Translations under genes and position numbers: made by a program
IMG/VR virus record: IMGVR_UViG_3300025302_000001
DNA length: 46,189 bases
Reading direction: 5' to 3' (one strand)
Source: a virus
Notes under the pieces: model-generated
Seen by the model: the letters and a program-made list of their open reading frames with translations, nothing else
What the model was told of the DNA's origin: nothing
Databases searched by the model: none
Part shown: positions 29,396-38,644 of the stretch, one piece after another
Numbering within the stretch: the stretch's first letter is position 1
How the letters are laid out: each line of letters begins with the position of its first letter

Positions 29396-30723
29396 TACTG
29401 CACGCGCTCCCAGCTATTGCGATCAGCGGGATTGCCGCCCTTGAAGCGGTAACCCTGCTGGACGGCGCCCACTTGCGGGCCAGCACCTTCAGGCGCCTTG
29501 TAGCCGGGCCCAGCGCTCTTCTTCATCGCCTCGATGGCGGTTTTGCGCGCCTCAGCCTTTTGCGCGATCACCTGAGGACCGTCGCCCGGCTGCGGGAACA
29601 GCTCGCGCTCATAACGCTTGAATTCCGCCGTGCCGATGGCAGCGCCGGATTCATCGCGCAGCAGCGCCGTGATGAAGTTGTCCTGAGCCTGCCGGTACTT
29701 CTGATATTTATCCGACTGGAGGAAGTTGCCACCGGGTACCATGTCGAGGCCGCGGCCCGTCACGCTCGTTCCTTCATTGACGATGTCAGAGAGGTTCTTT
29801 TCGGCGGTCTCCATCTTGTTGGCGAACTTCTCGGACTTCGCCTGAACCTCCGTCTTCTCACCCGCCTGCGCCTTAGCATTGGCACGGCTGATCTCATTCA
29901 CGAAGGTCTTGCGATCGACGCCGGGAGGAATGGCGATCTGCTTGCCGTCGGGGCCGGTCACGGTATTCGAGGTCTCAGAGCCCGGCGCAGCGTAGGGTGA
30001 AACAGTCTGGTCGCGGTCATTGACGAAGCCGTATTGCTTGGTACCGTCAGCATTAACACCAATCTCTGTGAACTTCTGCTTGCTGCTCAGAGCCTGATCA
30101 AGAATGGTCTTGCCGGCCTCCGGGTTCATGACCGCAAGCATGGCCTTCTGGCGCCCAACGATAGGAACCAGAGCCTCGTACTGAGCCCTAAGGTTCTGCT
30201 GCGCCATCGAGCGCGTGTCGTTGCCCGTGAGCTTGGCGATCAGTCCGTTTGGATTGAACAGGCGGCCGAGTGCTGAGGGGCCTTCGAGGGCGGGCGGGAG
30301 AGCGCCCTGCTGCGGCATTGCCGTGGGCATTTGCCCTTGCGTCGGCGTCGCGTTCGGTGGCGTCATGGCCTGCTGCGGCAAATACTCGTCGGGGTTGCCG
30401 ATACGCGGCATCTGGTAGCCACCAACCGAGATTGGGTTCTCCATCTGAGGCTGTGGCGCGGCCTGAGGAGCGGCAGGCTGGGCAGCCGGCAATGACGGAG
30501 ACGGCATAAACGCAGGGGCGCCTGTATTGAAGACAGAAGGCGGCGCGGCGGTTGCCTGCGGCTGCACATTGATGCCCGTGAACGAGCCCATGGGATCGTA
30601 TTGCGCGCCGCTATTGTCCACCTGAGGCTGCGGCATGTTGCGATAGTAATCCGCAAGATTGCCGAGCAGCCCCGCGCCGACAGTACCGATCGGGTTCGTG
30701 AGATAGTCGAGAAGACCAGCCAT
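29395..30723 (-). CDS. Putative internal virion/ejection protein (442 aa, Pro/Gln-rich N-terminal half)
   Basis: TAATG coupling to the downstream gene. Call is by synteny only. Confidence 0.4.
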   Translation of the reverse strand: MAGLLDYLTNPIGTVGAGLLGNLADYYRNMPQPQVDNSGAQYDPMGSFTGINVQPQATAAPPSVFNTGAPAFMPSPSLPAAQPAAPQAAPQPQMENPISVGGYQMPRIGNPDEYLPQQAMTPPNATPTQGQMPTAMPQQGALPPALEGPSALGRLFNPNGLIAKLTGNDTRSMAQQNLRAQYEALVPIVGRQKAMLAVMNPEAGKTILDQALSSKQKFTEIGVNADGTKQYGFVNDRDQTVSPYAAPGSETSNTVTGPDGKQIAIPPGVDRKTFVNEISRANAKAQAGEKTEVQAKSEKFANKMETAEKNLSDIVNEGTSVTGRGLDMVPGGNFLQSDKYQKYRQAQDNFITALLRDESGAAIGTAEFKRYERELFPQPGDGPQVIAQKAEARKTAIEAMKKSAGPGYKAPEGAGPQVGAVQQGYRFKGGNPADRNSWERVQ

Positions 30724-30730
30724 CGATATC

Positions 30731-31630
30731 CTACAGGAAGTTCAAGAGACCCATGATGCCGCTGCCGGAGCTTGCGCCGCCCGCTCCGTTCGAGAAGCTG
30801 CCAAGCCCGCTCATGGCCTGCTGGAATTGCTGCCAGCCGGAAGCCTGGTTCGTGGTGTTGCTCGTGCCGCTTGATGTGCCGCCAAGTCCCGCGATGGGAA
30901 CGCCGATGTTAGCGAGCATTCCAAGGTTCTGTAGCGGAATGCCGAGCCTCTGCGCCTCAGCCGCAAGCGTGGACTTCGCGCCCTCGTTCATCGCATCGAG
31001 GCCGGTCCCGACCGAACTGACGCCAGTGCCGCGATTGGTGTTATAGAGCTGCTGCAAGCCGCTGTTCAGGCCCGCAGTGGTATTGCCGGCGCTGTAGAGA
31101 TTGCCGGCTGCGCCCTGCTGGTTCTGGATGTTCTGGTTGTATTGGGAGGCGATCGTTGGGGCGACGCCCTGTGCGATGCCACGTCCCAGCGCCTGAGAGT
31201 TGGCACCCGAGAAGTCGCGGCCAGCGGCGGCAAACGTTCCGTTCGTGCTGTTCGTGATGTCGGACACCATCGTATTGAGGGCATCCTTGAATCCGGGCGT
31301 ATCGTAGGGGTTGTAGTTCGTGTTCGACGCCAGCGGATTGGTCTGGTTGTAGTACTGCTGGTAGGCGTTGTTGATCGCTCCCTGCTGGTTCAGCGCCCCG
31401 CCGCCGTTGAGCATATCCGAGGTGTAGCTCTGGATGGCAGGATTGTAGGCGTTCGCCGTTGCGTTGTTCTGCTCGATCGTGTTGAGCGCGTTGTTCTGCG
31501 CCCCCGTCAGGCCGGTTTGCGGCAGGTAACTATTGAGCTGGCTGAGGATGCCAGTCATGGTGCCCTGCGCGGGCGCCCAAGGATTGGTCTCGCTCTGCTG
31601 CGTGGTGGTGCTAGTGCTCTTGCCGCCCAT
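30731..31630 (-). CDS. Putative internal virion/ejection protein (299 aa, Gln/Asn/Gly-rich)
   Basis: Composition and position only. Confidence 0.4.
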   Translation of the reverse strand: MGGKSTSTTTQQSETNPWAPAQGTMTGILSQLNSYLPQTGLTGAQNNALNTIEQNNATANAYNPAIQSYTSDMLNGGGALNQQGAINNAYQQYYNQTNPLASNTNYNPYDTPGFKDALNTMVSDITNSTNGTFAAAGRDFSGANSQALGRGIAQGVAPTIASQYNQNIQNQQGAAGNLYSAGNTTAGLNSGLQQLYNTNRGTGVSSVGTGLDAMNEGAKSTLAAEAQRLGIPLQNLGMLANIGVPIAGLGGTSSGTSNTTNQASGWQQFQQAMSGLGSFSNGAGGASSGSGIMGLLNFL

Positions 31631-31655
31631 CAGGCTTGGCCTTTCGTGTAGCTCA

Positions 31656-31684
31656 TAAAAAATCCCGCCAGAGGGCGGGAGTTT
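31656..31684 (-). terminator. Intrinsic terminator inside the late operon, downstream of the inserted 118-aa gene
   Basis: The minus strand reads TCCCGCC-CTCT-GGCGGGA followed by TTTTTT. Confidence 0.8.
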
Positions 31685-31693
31685 GGTCGTTCA

Positions 31694-31721
31694 TTAGCGA
31701 TTATTAGCGATCTTTAGCGAT
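31694..31721. repeat. Three exact TTAGCGAT octamers with exact 10-bp phasing (31694, 31704, 31714)
   Basis: attagcgatt attagcgatc tttagcgatc read directly. Confidence 0.85.
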
Positions 31722-31723
31722 CT

Positions 31724-32080
31724 TTACCCAGCCATAAGCCGGTTTCCGATTATCCGCGCGTTCCGAATGTTTTCGTTGATCTCTTCAATCATGAGAGCCG
31801 CGGCGCCACTCAATTTCCAGTCAATACCCACTTCTTGGGCTAGTTCAGCATCTAGATGGACAGTGGCGATGGGTGCAGACGAGCGGGTCGCTCGCTCGTA
31901 TATAGCCTTGTCCGAAACAGGAAGAGTGGCTTTGTTCCTGATCGCGTCAGCTTGCTTTTTTTGGCCAATAGCCTCCAAAAGCTCCATCTCGCCAGCATGG
32001 AAACCGCAATGATCGCAATCTCCGCTCTCTTGGCGCTTGCAGCCTTCGAAATCACATGGCAACCATATTAGTTCTGACAT
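31724..32080 (-). CDS. Hypothetical 118-aa protein with an N-terminal Cys cluster (moron; antirepressor or defence candidate)
   Basis: Start reset to MSELIWLPCDFEGCKRQESGDCDHCGFH (GAGGGA upstream). Lower GC than the flanks. A GTG at 32143 is an alternative start. Confidence 0.55.
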   Translation of the reverse strand: MSELIWLPCDFEGCKRQESGDCDHCGFHAGEMELLEAIGQKKQADAIRNKATLPVSDKAIYERATRSSAPIATVHLDAELAQEVGIDWKLSGAAALMIEEINENIRNARIIGNRLMAG

Positions 32081-32101
32081 CGTCCCTCGATGGAGTTCTA
32101 A

Positions 32102-32305
32102 ATGACCAAAGCCCGCATCTATCTCAAAGAATGGCGCAACCACAAAGGCATCACTCTAGAAGACCTTGCATCGCGCATCGGCATAGAGGCGCCGAGCGTT
32201 GCTCGGCTTGAACACACACCACTGGTATTCAGTTCACAGACACTCAGCGATGTGGCCGAGGCTCTCGGAGTAGAGCCTCACGAGTTGCTAAAGCCGCCGT
32301 CATAG
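32102..32305 (+). CDS. XRE-family HTH protein (67 aa), antisense to the late operon
   Basis: LKEWRNHKGITLEDLASRIGIEAPSVARLE is an HTH. GGAG 6 nt upstream. Confidence 0.8.
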   Translation: MTKARIYLKEWRNHKGITLEDLASRIGIEAPSVARLEHTPLVFSSQTLSDVAEALGVEPHELLKPPS

Positions 32306-32322
32306 CCCGGCCAGTTCCAGGC

Positions 32323-32347
32323 AACCTGCAAGCTTTTCTTGCAGGTT
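32323..32347. other. Perfect 10-bp-stem hairpin between convergent genes
   Basis: AACCTGCAAG-ctttt-CTTGCAGGTT. No strong U-tract on either strand. Confidence 0.6.
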
Positions 32348-32372
32348 CAATTTACCATTACCCGAATCAACC

Positions 32373-32774
32373 TCAAAGCACTTTTTCTAAGACAACATGC
32401 TCGACGCGGTATCCGTCAAGCACTCGTTCCCAGCCCTTTCGGCCGTAAATTCTCATCGTTGTGCAGCCTTCCGCTTTCGCGTACCTTTCAATCTCGGCGA
32501 ACAGTGGAAGCCAGCGGTCTCGGTCGTAACCAGCGCACGCCGTCAGGACGCAAACTTTATCGTGCGGCTTCACAAGCTGCGTGGTCGCCGCCGCCATGAT
32601 CTCGCGACCATTCCAAGCGATCCACACCAGTTGCATGCCCGTCAGAACATCGCTTTCGATGTCCGCGAAACTGCTCAGCCCGGTACGCTCAACTGCCGCC
32701 CTGATCTTGTCGCGAACATGCGGCCACATCTCATCGATGCGCGCCGGATCGACGCAGATTAGTTCAGCCGACAA
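32373..32774 (-). CDS. Hypothetical protein, tentatively GNAT-fold-like (start uncertain: TTG 32774 or ATG 32729)
   Basis: The C-terminal AEIERYAKAEGCTTMRIYGRKGWERVL resembles acetyltransferase-fold C-termini. Weak call. Confidence 0.3.
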   Translation of the reverse strand: MSAELICVDPARIDEMWPHVRDKIRAAVERTGLSSFADIESDVLTGMQLVWIAWNGREIMAAATTQLVKPHDKVCVLTACAGYDRDRWLPLFAEIERYAKAEGCTTMRIYGRKGWERVLDGYRVEHVVLEKVL

Positions 32775-33078
32775 TCGCGTACAGGAACGTCCTGCCCGTC
32801 GTGGCGCTGTTGGCGTGGGTAATCGTGAACGACTTGTTCGCGACCGCGCTGATGTACATCGTGCCATTGCCGACTTCGGCGGCCGCATTTGCCGTTGTCG
32901 GCACCAGGATAGGAACCGAGCCTACTGCAACGTTGTTGTCCGTGACCGTCGTCGTCGCTACGCTCACCGTCAGCGTCACAGTCCCCACCGCATTCGAGCG
33001 GCCGGCGCCCAGCTGCTGAATCGAGAGGTTGATCTTCTTTTGATCGGTCTCAGTGATCGCCGGGAGAAGGACTGTCAA
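32764..33078 (-). CDS. Hypothetical beta-rich virion protein (104 aa, TTG start)
   Basis: TTGA overlap with the upstream stop. Thr/Val/Ala-rich. Confidence 0.4.
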   Translation of the reverse strand: MTVLLPAITETDQKKINLSIQQLGAGRSNAVGTVTLTVSVATTTVTDNNVAVGSVPILVPTTANAAAEVGNGTMYISAVANKSFTITHANSATTGRTFLYAIVG

Positions 33079-34541
33079 AGCGAACCGTTCGTCGTTACGT
33101 CCGGAACGACGCCTGCACAGAAGGTCCAAGTCGTTGCCGCCGGAATGCGCACCTTGAAGCGAGAATAGCGGGTATCACGCATGAGATCACACCGGCCCGT
33201 CCGCGAGTTCACCAGAACTTCAGAACCAGCCGTTGCCGCTGCCGACGGATTGTCGCGATATGACACCGAGCCGTAGAGCGTCGAGGCGTCCGTGATCGGG
33301 CGGAAGCCCTTAATCGTGATCCTCTGCTCGTCTGTTCCCTGCTCTGCGCTCTCCAGCGTCGCCTCCAGGTTCGTTCCCGCAAAGAAGCCCAGCGTATGCG
33401 TGTTGTTGAACTGGGCAATCTGCGGCTGAACCGCGGTAGCGTAGGAGTCGAGCGAGAGCGTCAAGGCATCCAAAGACGATGAGATGCTGTCGAGATTTTC
33501 CAGCGTCAGGCCGGTTTGCGAAATGCCGACCAGAAACTCCCCAGTCACCGAGAGCGGGAAGAACCTATCCAGCAAATAGTCATACCCAAGGATCTTGTCA
33601 TAGTTCGCAGGGTTTACGCCGTTCGCGGAGCGGTAGGCCCAATAGACCTTCGTAGACCGCGGATCAGCCGCGCCCATGAATAGCTCGAGATGCCCCTTGT
33701 CGAGGTCGGCAAGAAAGGTCCGGTCAACCTTCTCGCGGCCGATCTGCTCAGGCACCCCGCCCGGCTCGATCTTGTGGAAGCCCTGCCCCGCGAAGAAGAA
33801 GATTTTCTCGCCCGCCCGAATGATCGAATACGGCGCAAACAGACCCTTGTCTTGGGTTATACGGTCGATCTGGAAGATCAGCGGCGAGCCCGGAACGTAG
33901 GACATGCGCCTGATTGACTGATCCTGGAAGATGATCCCATACTCACCACCAGCGACACCGCGAACGATGCCGCCATCAGGGAAATCCTGGAAGTCAGAGC
34001 TATTTGTGCCGCTCGTCCATGTCGTCGTAGCGTTCAATCCAGACCACTGGATGCGGTACGGATTGGAGAGCAATCCAGAGAGCACCAGAAAGCGCCCGAC
34101 AACACTGATATAGGCGGCCTGAGGCGGAGACCCGGCGCAGTTGGCGAACGCGCTGGACGAGCTCAGATCGAAGACCTGCAACACAGCATTCGCTTGCGTT
34201 GCGAACACCAGATTGCCGAATTGCGCCCACTGCCATTGTGCATTGGCCGACAGCGCAGAATAGGTGCTGGCGCCGAGCGAAACGTCGGTCCAGGTAAAGT
34301 CGGTATTGTTCAGCATGTAAAGCTTGGTCGAGGTGCCCGCGAAGGTCACGACCGAGCCGTCAGATTTCAACGCGTAGAACGCCCCGCGGCATGTAGCACC
34401 CAGCGCCGAAGTATAGGCCGAGAACGAGGGGAACGGCCCGTAGCCGTCACCACGCGGGATGACGTTCAGGATGTTCTTTGTGGTCGAACCCTCATAATCA
34501 CTGATGTCGGGCCGATACTCGCCCCATTGCAGAAGCGGCAT
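33075..34541 (-). CDS. Putative tail (nozzle/tubular-type) protein (488 aa)
   Basis: The conserved-looking N-terminus MPLLQWGEYRPDISDYEGSTTKNILNVIPRGDGYGPF recalls podovirus tail proteins. Call is by synteny. Confidence 0.4.
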   Translation of the reverse strand: MPLLQWGEYRPDISDYEGSTTKNILNVIPRGDGYGPFPSFSAYTSALGATCRGAFYALKSDGSVVTFAGTSTKLYMLNNTDFTWTDVSLGASTYSALSANAQWQWAQFGNLVFATQANAVLQVFDLSSSSAFANCAGSPPQAAYISVVGRFLVLSGLLSNPYRIQWSGLNATTTWTSGTNSSDFQDFPDGGIVRGVAGGEYGIIFQDQSIRRMSYVPGSPLIFQIDRITQDKGLFAPYSIIRAGEKIFFFAGQGFHKIEPGGVPEQIGREKVDRTFLADLDKGHLELFMGAADPRSTKVYWAYRSANGVNPANYDKILGYDYLLDRFFPLSVTGEFLVGISQTGLTLENLDSISSSLDALTLSLDSYATAVQPQIAQFNNTHTLGFFAGTNLEATLESAEQGTDEQRITIKGFRPITDASTLYGSVSYRDNPSAAATAGSEVLVNSRTGRCDLMRDTRYSRFKVRIPAATTWTFCAGVVPDVTTNGSL

Positions 34542-35386
34542 CAGTAAGGCGCTCCGCTTGCGTGCATGGCGTTGTAGATGATCGTTGCCATCGTCGCTGA
34601 TCCCGCATCGGAGGGGTGCACGCCATCCACCGTCGCGATGGTATTGCTGTCGATGTCGCCGCCGTCAAACACCGTCGTTCCGTTCCTCACGGCAGCTTGA
34701 GCGGATCGGATTGAATTCGAGGTCTGCCCGGATGCGCTCTCGCTGCACACGAAGATCCGACCATTGAAGCCGGTCGCATTCAGCGTCGAAATGAAGCTGT
34801 TGCAAGACGCCGTCCATGCAGACTGCGAGGTGCCGTCCGCGAAGTCCCTGTGACCGTCTGCCAGCACGCAGGCGAAGGTTACACCCGTCATCCCCGGCGT
34901 GATGCCCCTCGCCGCCAGCCGACGCATCGCAACAGTCGTCCTGTTGGCGTGGATGCCCCCGCTATCACCCCATTGCGAAATGTTCGTGTTGCCGATCGAA
35001 AGCGGGACCAGAATAACCCGATCGAACTTGGCGTTCGTCACCAGGGTGTCAGCCACCCGCAGCATCACATTGCCGGGGCCGAGACCTCCCGAATTTGCGT
35101 ATGCACAGCCGAGAAGCGGCCCAGCGGGATCATAGAGGTTGCCATCGTAGACATTGAAGTTGTCAATGACGCTGGCATTCGTCGCCGTGTAAATCGTCGG
35201 GCCGACGTTCGTCAGAAGCGATTGGCCCGTGACGAGACAAACCAGCGTCTTCAGAGCTGGATTGATGGTGAACGACCGCGCCGCGCGACCCGAGGTCACA
35301 CGATGGGTCAGTGTCACCGCGTAGTTTAGAATCCCCGTATCGTAGAGCAGAAACGGATCTGGAGGAGCAATGCCGCCCTGCGCCAT
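34541..35386 (-). CDS. SGNH/GDSL-type hydrolase (sialate-O-acetylesterase-like), tail-associated
   Basis: Block I VTGQSLL and block V DGVHPSD (DxxH). Embedded between the fibre and tail genes. Confidence 0.6.
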   Translation of the reverse strand: MAQGGIAPPDPFLLYDTGILNYAVTLTHRVTSGRAARSFTINPALKTLVCLVTGQSLLTNVGPTIYTATNASVIDNFNVYDGNLYDPAGPLLGCAYANSGGLGPGNVMLRVADTLVTNAKFDRVILVPLSIGNTNISQWGDSGGIHANRTTVAMRRLAARGITPGMTGVTFACVLADGHRDFADGTSQSAWTASCNSFISTLNATGFNGRIFVCSESASGQTSNSIRSAQAAVRNGTTVFDGGDIDSNTIATVDGVHPSDAGSATMATIIYNAMHASGAPY

Positions 35387-36876
35387 TACATCCTCAGCAT
35401 GACTTCAAAGCCGGATGTCGAGACGGCGCCCCCCAGATTGAAGGTGCCACCGTTGGTTCCGTCTGCGTTCTCCATGGCCGAAAGATAGTGCGTTCCAACC
35501 GCCGGATTCGGCACGAGATACGGAGTATTCGGGCTGACGATCAGCGCCACCGCCGCATTGTTGCCGATCGCGTTGTTGTTGGCCGGGGTCGTGATACTGT
35601 CGTAACCAATGCCGAGGCGGATCACCGCACTGGCGCTTGCCGCCATTTGGACCACGTTCTGGTTGTTCGCGATCACGGCGTCTTCGGATGCGCCGACGAC
35701 GAACGAAACCTGCATGCCCGTGCTGCCGCGAGCCTGGCGCCAAGTCGAGGACGTATAGGAATATGACGCGCCAGTATCGACAACGGTCGTTCCGACGGTC
35801 ACCCGGTTATAAGCGTTCCAAACGTTAAAGGCTGCCGCGACGCCACCAGAACCAGGCGCACCAAAGATATAGTCAATGGTGCTGGACGCATTAGACGCGA
35901 TCGTGCCAACCCATGTTCCACGGAGAGCCGCGGGGCCATTGGTGATCGACGACGTGTTCAGCAGAATGCCGTTTGTCATCGTCAGCGTATAGCCCCGCGA
36001 TGAGGACGACGACCAAGCCGGACCGCGAGTGCAGCGGATGGTCCCGCTGTCGTTCCAGACAAACAGGTCATAGACCTTTGAGGCAGCAACCGCCGCCGGG
36101 CTCTTGGTTGCATCCGTCGTCGCCTGAGACAACTCGGAGAACGCAGTCGGCGTCATGTTCGTGCCGTCATAGATCGGGCACAGATTGCCGGCGTATGGCG
36201 TGTAGTAGACTGTGGTGCAGCCCGCGTTGCTCGTGGCCATGACGGGAACGCCGCTTGCGAGCGTGATGCGGCCGCCCGGCGCAATTGCGAAGTTAGAGAC
36301 ACCACTCGGCGTCGCCCACGTTCCATCCCCGCGCCAGAATGTCGAAGACGAGGCAGAGGTGCCGCTGTTCAGGTTGTTGACTGAGAGATTCCCGGTAACA
36401 CCCGTCGAAAGCGGAAGGCCCGTCAGGTTCGTAGCTGTACCCGAGGCTGGCGTTCCCAGCGCGCCACCCACGAAATAGGCCGCGCCCGTGCCCACCTCAT
36501 CCGTCAGCGCAGCCCTCAGATTGGCGCTCGACGGCGTGGCAAGAAACGTTGCGACGTTCGTTCCAAGCCCCGTCACGCTCCCGATCGCGGGCGTAATCGT
36601 GACGTTGGCCGCCGCCGTCATCAGCCCCTTGGCGTTGACGGTAAACTGAACCGACTGCGTCGCGCTGCCGAACGTCCCAACGTTGGAATTGACGGTCGCA
36701 AGCGTCGTAGCAACTGCGCCCGCAGAGGTCGTGACGTCCCCGGTCAGCGCCGGCATCTGGGTCGCATCAACCGATCCTGTGACCGTGTGCTCCGCATCCC
36801 ACTTCGGGCCATCCACGAGCACATTGGGATTTGCCGCCGCGCCGGTCAGCGAGGCGTGCTTGACGGTCAGTGTCAT
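35386..36876 (-). CDS. Tail fibre protein (496 aa)
   Basis: ...[16 protein letters not shown]...[36 protein letters not shown]...[11 protein letters not shown] is typical fibre repeat language. Confidence 0.7.
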   Translation of the reverse strand: MTLTVKHASLTGAAANPNVLVDGPKWDAEHTVTGSVDATQMPALTGDVTTSAGAVATTLATVNSNVGTFGSATQSVQFTVNAKGLMTAAANVTITPAIGSVTGLGTNVATFLATPSSANLRAALTDEVGTGAAYFVGGALGTPASGTATNLTGLPLSTGVTGNLSVNNLNSGTSASSSTFWRGDGTWATPSGVSNFAIAPGGRITLASGVPVMATSNAGCTTVYYTPYAGNLCPIYDGTNMTPTAFSELSQATTDATKSPAAVAASKVYDLFVWNDSGTIRCTRGPAWSSSSSRGYTLTMTNGILLNTSSITNGPAALRGTWVGTIASNASSTIDYIFGAPGSGGVAAAFNVWNAYNRVTVGTTVVDTGASYSYTSSTWRQARGSTGMQVSFVVGASEDAVIANNQNVVQMAASASAVIRLGIGYDSITTPANNNAIGNNAAVALIVSPNTPYLVPNPAVGTHYLSAMENADGTNGGTFNLGGAVSTSGFEVMLRM

Positions 36877-37046
36877 TCAGGCGTCCACGTCTCGGCTTGA
36901 ATGGTCTTCGCGTCCCAAAGTCCGGCGGAGAAGCCGGTATCGAAGATGGGATTGCGATCGAACACGGCGGGATCGAACACGCGCACAGGCTGGGTGAAAT
37001 CAGTCCACGTCTCGGCCTGCTGCGTCTTCGGCGTCCAGGTCGTCAT
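36873..37046 (-). CDS. Hypothetical 57-aa protein with an internal AETWT repeat
   Basis: [17 protein letters not shown]...[17 protein letters not shown] overlaps at both ends. Below the track cutoff. Confidence 0.5.
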   Translation of the reverse strand: MTTWTPKTQQAETWTDFTQPVRVFDPAVFDRNPIFDTGFSAGLWDAKTIQAETWTPE

Positions 37047-37696
37047 GGAGTCACGCCCGGAAGGGTGATGTCAGACGGGCCGGAGTCGAACGACTGCTTG
37101 TGGCCGAGGTCGTTGAGGCCGTCCAACGCGGTCTTGAAGCCAAGCCCCCACGTCGCGATGCGCTCGTCTTCCTTGATGTACGGGGCCGATTCCAGAAGGG
37201 TGCCGTAGAGGTACAGATCGGGCGCGAGTGTCAGAAGCCAGTTCGTCGTATTGCTCGCGGTCAGCGCCGGGATGTTCGCTCGATAAGTCATTTCGAGCGT
37301 GTAGTCCTCGTTCGGCGTCGGGAATAGCTCGAGCTCAGTCCCGATGATCGCGTAGGATGTGGGCTGATCGGTCACGTTATCCTTGGAGTACCGCAACTCA
37401 TCAATCTGCGTCCCGCTCACAAATCGCAGCGGCGGCTTGCCGGTCACGCTCGAAAGCCTGATCCGTCGCATGGTCTGGAAATCGGTCGGGAGGGAAATGA
37501 ACTCGGGCTCAGTCGAGGCCGTATCAACGATTGTGGTGGACCTGACTTCCATCTGGGGCACGAACAAAAAACGATTAAACTTGGCCTCCGTGAGCGTGAT
37601 GAAGTCCGGAATACGGGCGACGAGCGTCGCGTCCTGGTCACGGGCAAGCCATTCAGTGGCCGCGCTTACAAGCGTTGCGTAGGTGTTGATCGCCAT
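37043..37696 (-). CDS. Putative head-tail adaptor protein (217 aa)
   Basis: MAINTYATLVSAATEWLARDQDATLVARIPDFITLTEAKFNR is an N-terminal pattern seen in phage adaptor/neck proteins. Confidence 0.45.
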   Translation of the reverse strand: MAINTYATLVSAATEWLARDQDATLVARIPDFITLTEAKFNRFLFVPQMEVRSTTIVDTASTEPEFISLPTDFQTMRRIRLSSVTGKPPLRFVSGTQIDELRYSKDNVTDQPTSYAIIGTELELFPTPNEDYTLEMTYRANIPALTASNTTNWLLTLAPDLYLYGTLLESAPYIKEDERIATWGLGFKTALDGLNDLGHKQSFDSGPSDITLPGVTP

Positions 37697-37900
37697 TTAG
37701 GCGCTCGCTTTGGCTAGATTTCGCACCCGCCGGTAATCCTTCTTGGACAGCCGCTCTCGTTTGGAGCGCCCCATCATCGATGCGAAGATATCGTCCTCGA
37801 TCCAACGATCAGAGTAGATTCGGATTGGGGCGGCCTCATCCTTGCGCGCGGAATACTGGCCGCCCTCTACCGCGACAGTCACCATGAGAATGCGCGCCAT
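37697..37900 (-). CDS. Hypothetical protein (67 aa)
   Basis: Track ORF, tightly packed. Confidence 0.5.
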   Translation of the reverse strand: MARILMVTVAVEGGQYSARKDEAAPIRIYSDRWIEDDIFASMMGRSKRERLSKKDYRRVRNLAKASA

Positions 37901-37901
37901 C

Positions 37902-38264
37902 CTAAACTTTGCCCCGGAATGTGCGATACGGGCGGTTCTTTTCGTGGTTCAGCCACCACTTCATGAAGTCCGCATCTCCATCTTTCAGGCGCGGAGCGAT
38001 GTCCCGATAGAAGACGTTGAGGGGCGTGCTGGCGATGCGTGTACCAACAGCATCGTCCCGAAACCGCTTGCCGTAAGAGTCGTTCAGGCTCTCGCGGTTG
38101 CGGGCCAAAAGCTCCTCTTCGACAAGGTTCTCAGTCTTTCGGAAGCCGAGGCCATTGGCCTTGTCGATCCAATAGACGTAGTGGCGCCTAAGGCCGTCTT
38201 CCGAGAACTTCTCGAACTCCCAAGCGTCGTCGGGAATTCTGGAGGGATCAGGCAGAGATTGCAT
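37902..38264 (-). CDS. Hypothetical protein (120 aa)
   Basis: Start reset to MQSLPDPS to avoid a long overlap. Confidence 0.5.
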   Translation of the reverse strand: MQSLPDPSRIPDDAWEFEKFSEDGLRRHYVYWIDKANGLGFRKTENLVEEELLARNRESLNDSYGKRFRDDAVGTRIASTPLNVFYRDIAPRLKDGDADFMKWWLNHEKNRPYRTFRGKV

Positions 38265-38607
38265 CGGCCCGTTCGGCGATCTTCTTCGCCACGAGATGCT
38301 TGGCCTCCTCAATGGGAAGCTTGATATGGGTGCCGGCCCAGATCTTGCCGTCATAGCCGACGCCGGGCGTCTGGTGGGGCTTCATCACACCCTCGACGAA
38401 CTCTTCCGGCTCAACGATGCGCCAGGTGCCGGCCGCGTCCTTGCGCTTCACGGCCTCCTTGATATAGCCGACGATTTCGTAGTCCCCTCGCGGCACATAG
38501 TTCTTGCTCAAGAGCACGGGGAACATCTTAGTTTCAGTCACTCTGGCCTCAGGAGGGCTCATGTCCGATTCCTTGGGTTTGCGCTCATAGACGCCCTTCG
38601 GCATCAT
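38248..38607 (-). CDS. Hypothetical protein (119 aa)
   Basis: First gene after the capsid-module terminator. Confidence 0.55.
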   Translation of the reverse strand: MMPKGVYERKPKESDMSPPEARVTETKMFPVLLSKNYVPRGDYEIVGYIKEAVKRKDAAGTWRIVEPEEFVEGVMKPHQTPGVGYDGKIWAGTHIKLPIEEAKHLVAKKIAERADAISA

Positions 38608-38612
38608 TCACT

Positions 38613-38644
38613 CCAAAAAAGAAAGGCGGGGCCGAAGCCCCGCC
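38613..38644 (-). terminator. Strong intrinsic terminator after the capsid/decoration genes
   Basis: The minus strand reads GGCGGGGC-TTCG-GCCCCGCC followed by TTTCTTTTTT. Confidence 0.85.
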
